DNA from: a virus | Taxonomy: Duplodnaviria; Caudoviricetes | Reading direction: 5' to 3' (one strand) | Length of the DNA: 64,000 bases | Virus record (IMG/VR): IMGVR_UViG_2936072512_000001 | Span: 15,611-79,610 of that record | Shown here: positions 37,049-46,139 of the stretch, piece by piece | Numbering within the stretch: position 1 is the stretch's first letter | Layout: every line of letters begins with the position of its first letter | Notes under the pieces: model-generated | Databases searched by the model: none | What the model was told of the DNA's origin: nothing | The model's input: only the letters and a program-made list of their open reading frames with translations | Program-made: the position numbers and the translations under genes

Positions 37049-38331
37049 CAGCGGTCGTCGACGGGCCGCTGCTGTCGCCCAAGCAGGAGTTCGCCATCGC
37101 CGACTCCACCGCCCGCCTGAACTGCTTCCACGGCGCCATCCGCTCCGGCAAGACCGTCGCCTCGCTGATCAGGTGGGTCGCCTACATCGCCAACGCGCCG
37201 CGCGGCGGCTCCCTGGTGATCGTCGGCAAGACGGCGGACACGATCAGCCGCAACATCTTCGACGTGCTCATGGACCCGGCGATCATGGGGCCGATTTCGC
37301 GCCGCATCATCTACACGCGCGGGGCGCCGACCGCGAACATCATGGGCCGCCGCGTCGAGATCATCTCCTCCAACGACGCCCGCTCGGAGAACCGGCTGCG
37401 CGGCATGACGTGCGCCGGGGCGTACGTCGACGAGGCGACGCTGATCGAGCGGCCCTTCTGGGACATGCTGCTGTCGCGTCTGTCGGTGAAGGGCGCCCAG
37501 CTGTTCTGCACGACGAACCCGGACGCGCCCAACCACTGGTTCAAGAAGGACTTCCTGGACCGCTCTCACGAGCTGGACCTGAAGCACTGGCACTTCACCC
37601 TCGACGACAACCCGTTCCTCGACCCCGCCTACGTGAAGGCGCTGAAGGCCGAGTTCACCGGCCTTTGGTACAAGCGCTTCATCGAGGGCCTGTGGGTCAT
37701 GGCCGAGGGCGCCATCTACGACATGTGGGACCCCGACATCCACGTCGTCACCTCGCTGCCGCCCATGGAGAAGTGGCTGGGCCTGGGCATCGACTACGGC
37801 ACCACCAACCCGTTCAACGCCCTGCTGGCCGGGGTGTCGGTGCCGGACCGGATGGGGCAGCGCCGCATCTACTTCGCCGCCGAGTGGCGGTGGGACGCTC
37901 GCGCGCAGCGCCGCCAGCTGACGGACGGCGAGTACTCCAAGGCGCTGTCGGCGTGGCTGGCCAAGATCCCGGACACGTACGGGCCCGGCACCTACGGGGT
38001 GAAGCCGCAGTGGACGGTCGTCGACCCGTCCGCGGCCTCGTTCATCACGCAGCTGTACCGCGACGGCTGGTCGCCGGTCCCGGCCGACAACTCCGTCAAC
38101 GACGGCATCCGCACGGTCGCGAACCTCATCTCGGCCGACCAGCTGCGCGTCCACGCCTCCTGCAAGGGCTGGCTGGACGAGGTCGGCTCGTACGCGTGGG
38201 ACGACCGCAAGGCCGACAAGGGCGAAGACTCGCCGATCAAGCTTGACGACCACGCGCTCGACGCCGGCCGCTACCTGCTGCACACCACGCAGGCGGCGTG
38301 GCTGCCGCTGATGGAACGCCTCCCCGCCTGA
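37045..38331 (+). CDS. Terminase large subunit (PBSX-like)
   Basis: Walker A GAIRSGKT, Walker B YVDEA, TTNP, GIDYGTTNP, DDHALDAGRY. Confidence 0.95.
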   Translation: MTAVVDGPLLSPKQEFAIADSTARLNCFHGAIRSGKTVASLIRWVAYIANAPRGGSLVIVGKTADTISRNIFDVLMDPAIMGPISRRIIYTRGAPTANIMGRRVEIISSNDARSENRLRGMTCAGAYVDEATLIERPFWDMLLSRLSVKGAQLFCTTNPDAPNHWFKKDFLDRSHELDLKHWHFTLDDNPFLDPAYVKALKAEFTGLWYKRFIEGLWVMAEGAIYDMWDPDIHVVTSLPPMEKWLGLGIDYGTTNPFNALLAGVSVPDRMGQRRIYFAAEWRWDARAQRRQLTDGEYSKALSAWLAKIPDTYGPGTYGVKPQWTVVDPSAASFITQLYRDGWSPVPADNSVNDGIRTVANLISADQLRVHASCKGWLDEVGSYAWDDRKADKGEDSPIKLDDHALDAGRYLLHTTQAAWLPLMERLPA

Positions 38332-38488
38332 CCTCCCTGATCGTCCGCCCCGCCTACTCCGCGGGGCGGGCCCGCTCCGCGCCCCCGTCCCCGTGGGCGC
38401 GTCGAGCGCGGCTGTGGCCGCGCGCCGTTGAGGGGCGGCGCGCGGCCACAACGCAAGCCCCACCCATCGGAACAGCGTGAGGAGCCAC

Positions 38489-38956
38489 GTGGACTTCGTT
38501 TTCAACATCTCCAAGGGGCGCGGGGTGGAGCTCTACCACCGCGTCAAGTCATCCGACCCGGCCGGTACGGCGCTCGTGGTGGTGGCGCTGGCGCAGACCG
38601 GCCTCGCCACCGACGCCGACCTGCGGATCGCCGACACGCTGTCGGCCATCCTCGGCGGCTCCTCCAACGAGGTGACCAACGTCGGCTACGCCCGCAAGGT
38701 GCTCGTGGCGGCCGACCTGGCCGCCTGGGCTCCGGACGACACCAACCACCGCACCGACCTGGACATCCCCGACCAGACGTGGAACAGCGTCGCCACAGGC
38801 GACTCGTGGGGCAAGCTGCTCGTCTGCTACCGGCCCACGGCCGGCGCGGCCGACGCCGACATCGTGCCCGTCTCAGGCCACGACTTCGTCGTCTCGCCGG
38901 ACGGCACCAACGTGGTGGCGCAGATCGACGCCACCGGCTTCTACCGGGCGGCCTGA
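38489..38956 (+). CDS. Putative virion structural protein (TerL-portal insert gene 1)
   Basis: GAGGAG RBS, GTG at 38489; NEVTNVGYARKVL; beta-rich. Confidence 0.65.
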   Translation: MDFVFNISKGRGVELYHRVKSSDPAGTALVVVALAQTGLATDADLRIADTLSAILGGSSNEVTNVGYARKVLVAADLAAWAPDDTNHRTDLDIPDQTWNSVATGDSWGKLLVCYRPTAGAADADIVPVSGHDFVVSPDGTNVVAQIDATGFYRAA

Positions 38957-38957
38957 C

Positions 38958-39416
38958 ATGGCCAAGGCGGGTTACACGATCCAGGCGCCGTGGACGGCCG
39001 TCCCTGCCGGTGGCGCCGGTAAGACGCTGCTGCAGGTGACGCTCCCGTCCTCGTTCGGGCTGGAGATCAAGAAGATCCGGGTCGGGCTCAACGGCACCTC
39101 GGCCACGGCGGTGCCCGGCATCATCGACCTCATCGCCGCGACCGCGGCGGGGGCGAGCGTCACCAGCGCGACCGTGCAGCAGGTGTACGGCAGGACCATC
39201 GCGCACGGACTGACCGCCCAGCACACGCTGACGGGCGAGCCGACCGGCATCAGCGTGCTGGACCCGTGGCCGCTCTCGCCGAACGGCGGCCTGGTCCTGT
39301 ACGACTGGCCGCTCGGCGACAGCCCCGACTTCGCCCCGTCGTCGATCTTCGGTATCCGCGCGACGTTCCCGGCGGCGGTGTCGGCGATGGTCACTCTGTG
39401 GGTCGAGCGCATCTAG
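38958..39416 (+). CDS. Putative virion structural protein (insert gene 2)
   Basis: Small-residue, beta-rich; 1 bp after the previous stop. Confidence 0.65.
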   Translation: MAKAGYTIQAPWTAVPAGGAGKTLLQVTLPSSFGLEIKKIRVGLNGTSATAVPGIIDLIAATAAGASVTSATVQQVYGRTIAHGLTAQHTLTGEPTGISVLDPWPLSPNGGLVLYDWPLGDSPDFAPSSIFGIRATFPAAVSAMVTLWVERI

Positions 39417-40123
39417 GGCAGATAGCCCCAGTCGCGTGCGACCGGCCGCAGCAGCTCCGGCACAAGGTCAGGGGCCGGTAGCGGGCGAGGCGGCTGGACA
39501 GCGCCGGTGCGGATCTTGTCGCGCCAGTCTCCCAGGCCGCGCGGCCACTCGCTGTGGCGCGGCCCGTAGTGGAGCATGGCCGGCTCGAAGTCGACGCCGA
39601 GGAAGCCGCACACGTCCTGCAGCACCGCTTCCGGATCTGCGGTCAGCTGCTCGTACCGGACTGTCCAGCCTGGCAGGGCGGCGCGGGCGTCGGAGACGGC
39701 GTCCATGCAGCCGCGCAGGTATCGGGCAGAGGCGGCGGGGCCGTGCCGGGTGGCTTCCAGCCACGAGGTGAGCACGCTGCCCGGGTGCCGCAGCAGGAAG
39801 ATCCAGCGGGCATCGGGCCAGCAGGAGGCCAGCCGCCGCCAGTGCGGCACGTCCGTGGGGCTCTTGTGCACCAGCGTGGCCTTGCCCGACCGGGCGAGCA
39901 GCTGGTGCGCCAGCTGGTCCCACAGCAGGTAGTCCAGCTCGTCCTGTCCGCCGAGGTCGCCGAGCGCCAGCCGCGCGGGCGGGGACGCGGCGGCGGAAAT
40001 CTTGGCCAGCGGGATCTCGTGCGGGGCGTGCAGGCGGCTGTGGCCGCCGAGTACGGCACGCAGCAGCGTGGACCCTGACCGGGGGGCGCAGGCCACGATG
40101 ACCGGCTCCTTCACCAGACGCAC
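39413..40123 (-). CDS. PAPS-dependent sulfotransferase (Sulfotransfer_3-like)
   Basis: 5'-PSB loop VACAPRSGSTLL, HKSP, 3'-PB FLLRHPGSVLTSW, VRYEQLTADPE..CGFLGV; likely GTG start at 40123 (ORF open to 40162). Confidence 0.88.
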   Translation of the reverse strand: MRLVKEPVIVACAPRSGSTLLRAVLGGHSRLHAPHEIPLAKISAAASPPARLALGDLGGQDELDYLLWDQLAHQLLARSGKATLVHKSPTDVPHWRRLASCWPDARWIFLLRHPGSVLTSWLEATRHGPAASARYLRGCMDAVSDARAALPGWTVRYEQLTADPEAVLQDVCGFLGVDFEPAMLHYGPRHSEWPRGLGDWRDKIRTGAVQPPRPLPAPDLVPELLRPVARDWGYLP

Positions 40124-40176
40124 CGACGCCTTCTTCGACCAGCCCCGAGCCTCGCTGTTCATCTGAGGAGGTTACG

Positions 40177-40881
40177 GTGCCCGTCGAGGTTGATCCGTCG
40201 CTGCCGCTCGTGGCCACCGCGTACGACGCCCTGTCGGTCGGGCCGTTCAACACCCCCGCGGGGGCTCTCCTCGTCGTGGGGTTCGCCGGGTACGGGTCGT
40301 CGACCCCGCTGGCCGACGGCGTCACCTTCACCCTCCAGCAAGAGTCCCCGCTGTGGACGTACGCCCAGCTCTGGACGGCTCCGCTGACCGCAGCACGGAC
40401 CGGGCTCGAGATCGAGATGCCCGCAGCGGAGATGGTCGGCGGGATGAAGGTATGGGTCGTGACCGGCCAGGCCTCCCCGGTGGCCGTGGGCCAGGGCGGC
40501 AGCGGGTCGCTGACGACCAACAACGCGACCGTCACCGGCTACAACAGCAGCAGGGCCGGAACGCTCGGCCTGGCCGTTGGCTACGAGGACGACCAAGTCG
40601 CCGAGACCGCGACGCCAACCACCTCCACCGACATCTTCGACCGCTACTACAAATCTGACCTTCACGGCCCGGGTGTCCCCGGGTCGGCTCTGTTCCTGCA
40701 CAAGGCGGCGCCTGCGACGGCGGCCGGGCAGGCGGTCACGTTCAACCTGAACGCCCCCGGCACGGCCGCTGCCGACTGGCATTGGGCCGCGATCGAAATC
40801 CTCAACGCGCCCGACGCGCCCTCGCCGCCGCGCATCGTGCACGCGGCCCGCGCTGCAACGCACCGAGCATCGAGTTGGTAG
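40177..40881 (+). CDS. Beta-rich putative virion adhesin, paralog of 58313-59023
   Basis: GAGGAGG RBS; ends RAATHRASSW. Confidence 0.7.
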   Translation: MPVEVDPSLPLVATAYDALSVGPFNTPAGALLVVGFAGYGSSTPLADGVTFTLQQESPLWTYAQLWTAPLTAARTGLEIEMPAAEMVGGMKVWVVTGQASPVAVGQGGSGSLTTNNATVTGYNSSRAGTLGLAVGYEDDQVAETATPTTSTDIFDRYYKSDLHGPGVPGSALFLHKAAPATAAGQAVTFNLNAPGTAAADWHWAAIEILNAPDAPSPPRIVHAARAATHRASSW

Positions 40882-40893
40882 CGGAGGTGAGCG

Positions 40894-41913
40894 ATGGCCC
40901 GCCCAGGGCGTAGCTATCCCAACCGGCCCGTCATCGTCCGACCCCTCGCCGCACCGGTGGCGCGACAAGCCGTCGAGACCGACTCGGCCACCGCCTTCAC
41001 CTTCGCCCGCGGCCGGTACGCGCACCAGGTGGAAGAGCACGACACCGCTCACCCGATCGCGGCGGCCAAGGTCGTGCCGGTCGGCAAGGCGTTGGAGTCG
41101 ACGGAGCCCGGCCACGTCTCGCCCGTCAAGGCGGGCCTGGTCAAGCAGGCCAGCGAGACCGACACCGCCTCCACCACCGACGCCCGCAAGCGGGTTCTGG
41201 TCGGCCGCGCCGACGAGCACGACAGCGCCGGCATCATCCGGGCCAAGGCCCGCCTCTACACCGCGGTGCAGGCCGACATGGCGTTGCCGATCACCCCGGT
41301 CAAGGCGCAGACGATCGGCCGCGCCATCGACATGACGCTGCCGCGCCCCATCCGGGCCGCCAAGCAGCAGCTGGTCCGAACGGCGGCCGAGTCTGCGGCC
41401 AGCTGGCCGATCGAGGCGAACAAGTCCGCCTTCGTCGGCTTGGCCGTCGAGCACTCCTCCGGCGCCTCGATCTTCGTGGGCGCGTCCCTCGTTGTCGTCG
41501 TCGGCCGCGCCGACGAGATCACCCTTGCAGGCCGTATCGGGCGCGTCTGGCCGCTGCTGCGTGTCGGGCGGCCCAGGCGCTCGTGGGCGGCCCGCCTTCA
41601 TGCGAGAGGAGCCGGTGGCGTGCAGCCGATCAGCAGCCTGTCTCGGGAGTACGTGTGGCTGTACGTCGAGGGGGCCTCCGGCGCTGAGCCGGTCGAGGTC
41701 GCCTTCACCGTGCCCGGCGTCGAGCCGGCCGAAGGCCAGTGGCATGACGCCGAGTGGAGCGGCCGAACTCTGGAGGGCGCGCACGCCCGCGTCCGGGTCG
41801 GCCCAGGCCCTGACGCTGTCGCCTTGGCCGAAGGCACCTGGCAGGCGTGGGTGCGCGTCACCCGCCCCGACATCGAGCCCGTCCTGCCGTCCGGCCTCGT
41901 CCCCATCATCTGA
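40894..41913 (+). CDS. Fibre-like protein with about ten ~20-aa repeats and a C-terminal beta domain
   Basis: Repeats such as VGRADEHDSA / VKQASETDTA / VGKALESTEP; GGAGGTGA RBS. Confidence 0.65.
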   Translation: MARPGRSYPNRPVIVRPLAAPVARQAVETDSATAFTFARGRYAHQVEEHDTAHPIAAAKVVPVGKALESTEPGHVSPVKAGLVKQASETDTASTTDARKRVLVGRADEHDSAGIIRAKARLYTAVQADMALPITPVKAQTIGRAIDMTLPRPIRAAKQQLVRTAAESAASWPIEANKSAFVGLAVEHSSGASIFVGASLVVVVGRADEITLAGRIGRVWPLLRVGRPRRSWAARLHARGAGGVQPISSLSREYVWLYVEGASGAEPVEVAFTVPGVEPAEGQWHDAEWSGRTLEGAHARVRVGPGPDAVALAEGTWQAWVRVTRPDIEPVLPSGLVPII

Positions 41914-41973
41914 CCATCGAGAGGGCCGACGTGTCCGCCCAGTTCAACGCACTGCCCACGGGGGAGGGATGCC

Positions 41974-43539
41974 ATGCCGCTGCCTGAGCGTGACATGGAG
42001 TGGCCGCCTCCGAAGATCAAGCCCGAGATGCACCAGTACGAGATCCACGGCGCGTGGTACTCGGGAGACCCTGAACGGCTCGCGAAGGTGTACGGCGGAG
42101 CATTCGGCAGCCCGGCCTACGGCCTGGACGCCAAGGGCTGGGACCGTCCGCAGGTCAACCCGCTCGGCCTGTGGGGGCGGGTCACGTCGATGTTCTGGGC
42201 GCGCAAGCAGCTGCCCGGCCAGACGTTCACCCCGAAGCTGCACGTCCCGGTCGCCGGAGACATCGCCTCCACCAGCGCCGACCTGCTGTTCGCCGAGCCG
42301 CCGACGCTGCGCGTGCAGGGTGAGGACTCGCAGACCCGCCTGGAGAAGATCCTCGAAGAGGGCGGCGTGTACGGCGTCCTGCTCGAAGGGGCCGAGCTCG
42401 GCGCCGGGTACGGCGGCGTGTACGTGCGCGTCGGCTACAACACCGACGTCGCCGACTACCCGATCGTCGACCTCGTGCCCGCCGACGCCGGCGTGCCCGA
42501 GTTCGCCAACGGCCGGCTGAAGGCGGTCACGTTCTGGCGGGTGCTGGAAGACGACCACAAGACGGTCTGGCGGCACCTGGAGCGGCACGAGTCTGGTCGC
42601 GTCTTCCACGGCCTGTACAAGGGCACTGAGGACCGTCTCGGTGACGCGCAGCCGCTCGCCGACCATCCGGAGACCGCTGACTTCGCCAAGCTGGTCGACG
42701 CGGCGGGCGGGTTCGACACCGGATACAAGGGGCTGCTCGTCTCCTACGTGCCGAACATGCGTCCTCACCGGACGCTGCGCGGCACCAGTTTGGGCCGCTC
42801 CGACTACGCCGGGGTTGAGCAGCTCATGGACAGCCTCGACGAGGTCTACACGTCCTGGATGCGCGACATCCGGCTCGGCAAGGGCCGCGTCTTCCTGCCC
42901 GAGGTGTACCTGGAGAACCGGGGCCGCGGCCAGGGCGCGTCGTTCGACCCGGACCGCGAGTTCTTCTCCGGGTTGGGCATGCTGCCGTCGCCGAACAACG
43001 CGGGCAGCATGATCACGATCTCGCAGTTCGACATCCGCGTGGCCGAGCACAAGGAGTCGGCCAAGTCGCTGCTGGCGCAGATCCTGCGCGGCGCCGGGTA
43101 CTCGATGCAGTCGTTCGGCGAGGACGACAACGCCGGGCAGGCGGCGACCGCGACCGAGATGCACATGCGCCGCCACAAGTCGTACACGACCCGCGGCCGG
43201 AAGACCGGCTACTGGACGCCGACGCTGGCGTGGCTGACGGACTGCCTGCTGACGGTCGACCAGAAGGTGTTCAACTCGAAGGTCGTCGCCGCCCGCGCCC
43301 AGGTCGAATGGCCGGACGGCGTCATGCCGGACCCGGAGGCGATGGCCCGCACGCTCGACTTCCTGAACCGGGCACAGGTCGCCTCCCTGGAGACGAAGAT
43401 CCGCATGCTGCACCCCGAGTGGGACGACACGCAGGTGCGCGAGGAGACCAAGCGGCTGCGCGCCGAGCTCGGCGTGCTCGTCGAAGACCCGGCCAAGCTG
43501 CGCGAAACCTACATCCCCGACGCTCCCAAGGCAGCCTGA
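41974..43539 (+). CDS. Portal protein (SPP1 gp6/A118-like)
   Basis: LHVPVAGDIASTSADLLFAE, GRSDYAG..DSLDEVYTSWMRDIRLGK, TATE; 521 aa. Confidence 0.92.
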   Translation: MPLPERDMEWPPPKIKPEMHQYEIHGAWYSGDPERLAKVYGGAFGSPAYGLDAKGWDRPQVNPLGLWGRVTSMFWARKQLPGQTFTPKLHVPVAGDIASTSADLLFAEPPTLRVQGEDSQTRLEKILEEGGVYGVLLEGAELGAGYGGVYVRVGYNTDVADYPIVDLVPADAGVPEFANGRLKAVTFWRVLEDDHKTVWRHLERHESGRVFHGLYKGTEDRLGDAQPLADHPETADFAKLVDAAGGFDTGYKGLLVSYVPNMRPHRTLRGTSLGRSDYAGVEQLMDSLDEVYTSWMRDIRLGKGRVFLPEVYLENRGRGQGASFDPDREFFSGLGMLPSPNNAGSMITISQFDIRVAEHKESAKSLLAQILRGAGYSMQSFGEDDNAGQAATATEMHMRRHKSYTTRGRKTGYWTPTLAWLTDCLLTVDQKVFNSKVVAARAQVEWPDGVMPDPEAMARTLDFLNRAQVASLETKIRMLHPEWDDTQVREETKRLRAELGVLVEDPAKLRETYIPDAPKAA

Positions 43540-43570
43540 CCCGGCCGCCCCTCCACGAAGGGGGTAGCGG

Positions 43571-45748
43571 GTGGCCACCGTCACCGAGCAGGTCGCCGCA
43601 GCTCTGGCCCAGGCCGAGCAGGTCGCCCGCATCTACGAGCAGGCCGAGCTGGACCTGCTGGAGGCGATCGCCAAGCACGCCGCCAAGGACACCAGCAGCG
43701 ACGACGCCGACTTCTGGGCGTCCAAGCGGCTGGCCGACATCCAGCAGCTGCGCAAGGAGGCGGCGCGGATCGTCGCCCGGCTCGACAAGGCCGCCAAGGC
43801 CGCCGCGAAGGGCGCCGTCAACACCGCGTGGCAGGCCGGGGTCGACAAGGCGATCGTCGGCGCTGTCGAGCAGGTCCACGACGAGAAGCTGAAGAAGCGG
43901 CTGGCGCGCGTCATGCGCGACGCCCGCAAGCTCGGCTCCTCAGGCCTGGTCAACCAGGGGCAGGGCGTGCTGGAGCTGGCCGAGCACCTCACGGGGGACA
44001 TCGTCGGCAAGTTCGACGTGCTGCACCTGGCCGTGCTGCGCGTCACCGACGACATCTACCGCAAGGTGATCGGCCAGGTGGCCGGGCCGGTACTGGCCGG
44101 GTCGCGGACGCTGCGCGACGCCGTCCAGGACGCGCTGAACCAGTTCGCCGCGGGCGGCATCAAGGGCTTCGTCGACGCCGCAGGCCGCGCTTGGGGGATG
44201 CGCGAGTACGCCGAGATGGCCACCCGCACCGCGACCGCCCGCGCGGCCGTAGAGGGCGAGCTGGCCACGCTGGGCGACGCCGGCCTGGAGCTGGTGATCG
44301 TGTCGCGGGCTCCGTCGTCGTGCTCGGTGTGCGACCGCTGGGAGAACAAGGTCCTGGCGCACCGCGGGGCGGCCGGGCAGCGCCAGGTGGAGAGCGTCCT
44401 CGACCCCGACCAGATGGTGACCGTCGAGGTGGCGGCGACGGTGTCCGAGGCCCGCGCCGCAGGGCTGCTGCACCCGAACTGCCGACACTCGCTGACGGCG
44501 TACCTGCCCGGGGTGACCACGCCCGCGCCGGTCGTGGACGCGCCGTCGTACGAGGCGACGCAGAAACAGCGCGCCCTGGAGCGCAAGGTCCGCGAGTGGA
44601 AGAAGAAGCAGGCCGTCGCCGTCGACGACCACTCCAAGCAGGTCGCCAAGGCCAAGGTGGAGGCCTGGCAGCAGGCGTTGGCCGCGCACGTGGCCGACGA
44701 AGGGTTGAGGCGCAAGCGCGGCCGGGAACGGCTCATGGCCAACGAGACGATGCCCGCGCCGTACGAGAAGAAGCCGCCCAAGCCTCAGGCGGCAGAGCCG
44801 AAGAGTCCGGCCGCTGACCGCGCCGAGGCTGCGCCGCCCCCTGCAGCGCCGTCTCCTGCGACACCGTCTCCTGCAGCGCCGCCCGCGACGCCTCCTGCGC
44901 GAACCGAGCCTCCGTCTCAGCCAGAGCCGGCCCGCTCCGACACCCCCTCCGACGTGGCAGAGGCAGAGCCCACCCGCGAGGAAGGGCCCGACACACCCTG
45001 GCACCACCGGCTGGGCGAGGTGTCCGCAATCAAGACCAACGTGGATTCGGGCGAAGCGAGCCGCCGCAACATCGCCAAGGGCATCCAAGGCGTCAAGGCG
45101 AAGGTGCAGTTCGTCAACGGGACCGAAGGCTTCCACAAGCAGATGGCGACGGACGATCGAGGCAAGAAGACGAGTGGGCGCCGCGACACCGACGCTGAGC
45201 AGCTGTCCTCGCTGCTCGGGCGCGCCATCGGAGCTCCGGTCCCTCGCGTCTACCGAACAGGAGAGGCCGAGTACTACACCGACTGGGTGGAAGGCGACAC
45301 CGCGGCCGAGTACACCGGGCCTGACCCAGACGGAGTGAGCGAGCGGCTTATCGCCTCCCGCGAAGGGCTGCTCCTCGGCCTGCTGGACGTCCTGACCGCC
45401 AACACGGACCGGCATCTCAACAACTGGATGATCGGCAAGAACGGCGAGCTGGCGGGCATCGACCACGGCCTCGCCTGGGAAGGCGGCTTCGGCGACGATC
45501 CGCTGCCGCTGAGCCACCTCAACCCCAGCGGCCCGTTCGCGAGCCAGCTGTTCAGCTGGCGCACGTTCGAGCTGAAGAACACCAACCGATTCACGCCGGA
45601 GGACATCGCTGTGCTGCGAACACGGCTGGAAGCGTTGCGCCCCGACTTCGCCCTGCTCGGCCGGGAACAGTGGCTGGACTACAGCCTGCACTGGCTTAAC
45701 CAGGTGGGGCGGCGCGCCACCGGCACGACCTCTATCGTGGCCCCATGA
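43571..45748 (+). CDS. Minor capsid protein (Phage_min_cap2/MuF-type) fused to a C-terminal HipA/PI3-PI4-kinase-like domain
   Basis: YAEMATRT, CSVCDRWE, GLLHPNCRH, QRALERKVREWK; Pro/Ala linker; then EQLSSLLGRAIGAPVP, NTDRHLNN, IDHG. Confidence 0.88.
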   Translation: MATVTEQVAAALAQAEQVARIYEQAELDLLEAIAKHAAKDTSSDDADFWASKRLADIQQLRKEAARIVARLDKAAKAAAKGAVNTAWQAGVDKAIVGAVEQVHDEKLKKRLARVMRDARKLGSSGLVNQGQGVLELAEHLTGDIVGKFDVLHLAVLRVTDDIYRKVIGQVAGPVLAGSRTLRDAVQDALNQFAAGGIKGFVDAAGRAWGMREYAEMATRTATARAAVEGELATLGDAGLELVIVSRAPSSCSVCDRWENKVLAHRGAAGQRQVESVLDPDQMVTVEVAATVSEARAAGLLHPNCRHSLTAYLPGVTTPAPVVDAPSYEATQKQRALERKVREWKKKQAVAVDDHSKQVAKAKVEAWQQALAAHVADEGLRRKRGRERLMANETMPAPYEKKPPKPQAAEPKSPAADRAEAAPPPAAPSPATPSPAAPPATPPARTEPPSQPEPARSDTPSDVAEAEPTREEGPDTPWHHRLGEVSAIKTNVDSGEASRRNIAKGIQGVKAKVQFVNGTEGFHKQMATDDRGKKTSGRRDTDAEQLSSLLGRAIGAPVPRVYRTGEAEYYTDWVEGDTAAEYTGPDPDGVSERLIASREGLLLGLLDVLTANTDRHLNNWMIGKNGELAGIDHGLAWEGGFGDDPLPLSHLNPSGPFASQLFSWRTFELKNTNRFTPEDIAVLRTRLEALRPDFALLGREQWLDYSLHWLNQVGRRATGTTSIVAP

Positions 45749-45993
45749 GAGCGATGCGTCTCGTGGACATCGGCGAGGGCGACGACATCGGCGTCCTGTC
45801 CCTCAGCGACGACGGAGTCCTGTCGTCATCGTCGCCGCACGTCGACCGGCTGGTCCGCGGCAAGCAGCGGCTGTTCTCCTGGACCGACGCCGACACGTTC
45901 GCCTACTTCGCCGGCGAGCTGGGCGAGACCTGGCCCAGTAACAACGGCCCGTGGTCGGACGGTGTGCTGCGTTTCGAGGTCGCAGCCCCGTAG
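45745..45993 (+). CDS. Small protein, candidate immunity partner
   Basis: ATGA-coupled to the kinase fusion; 82 aa, acidic. Confidence 0.55.
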   Translation: MRAMRLVDIGEGDDIGVLSLSDDGVLSSSSPHVDRLVRGKQRLFSWTDADTFAYFAGELGETWPSNNGPWSDGVLRFEVAAP

Positions 45994-46011
45994 CCAGACC
46001 CTGATCACTCT

Positions 46012-46121
46012 TGAAAGGCCCGCCTGGCGCGGGCCTTTCGCATGTCCGGGCCAGTCACCCTGACTGTCCTCCCACAAACCCCTGAAGGCCCGTCCTGGCG
46101 GCGGGCCTTTCGCATGTCCGG
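46012..46121 (+). repeat. Two direct copies (~38 bp) of a hairpin element
   Basis: TGAAAGGCCCGCCTGGCGCGGGCCTTTCGCATGTCCGG (46012-46049) and TGAAGGCCCGTCCTGGCGGCGGGCCTTTCGCATGTCCGG (46083-46121). Confidence 0.8.
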
Positions 46122-46139
46122 CTCCAGGAGGGCCACACG

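Noticed and set aside
44840-44881. 15-nt repeats (CCGTCTCCTGC..) in the minor capsid gene
   Set aside because: They encode the Pro/Ala linker; no separate function is implied.
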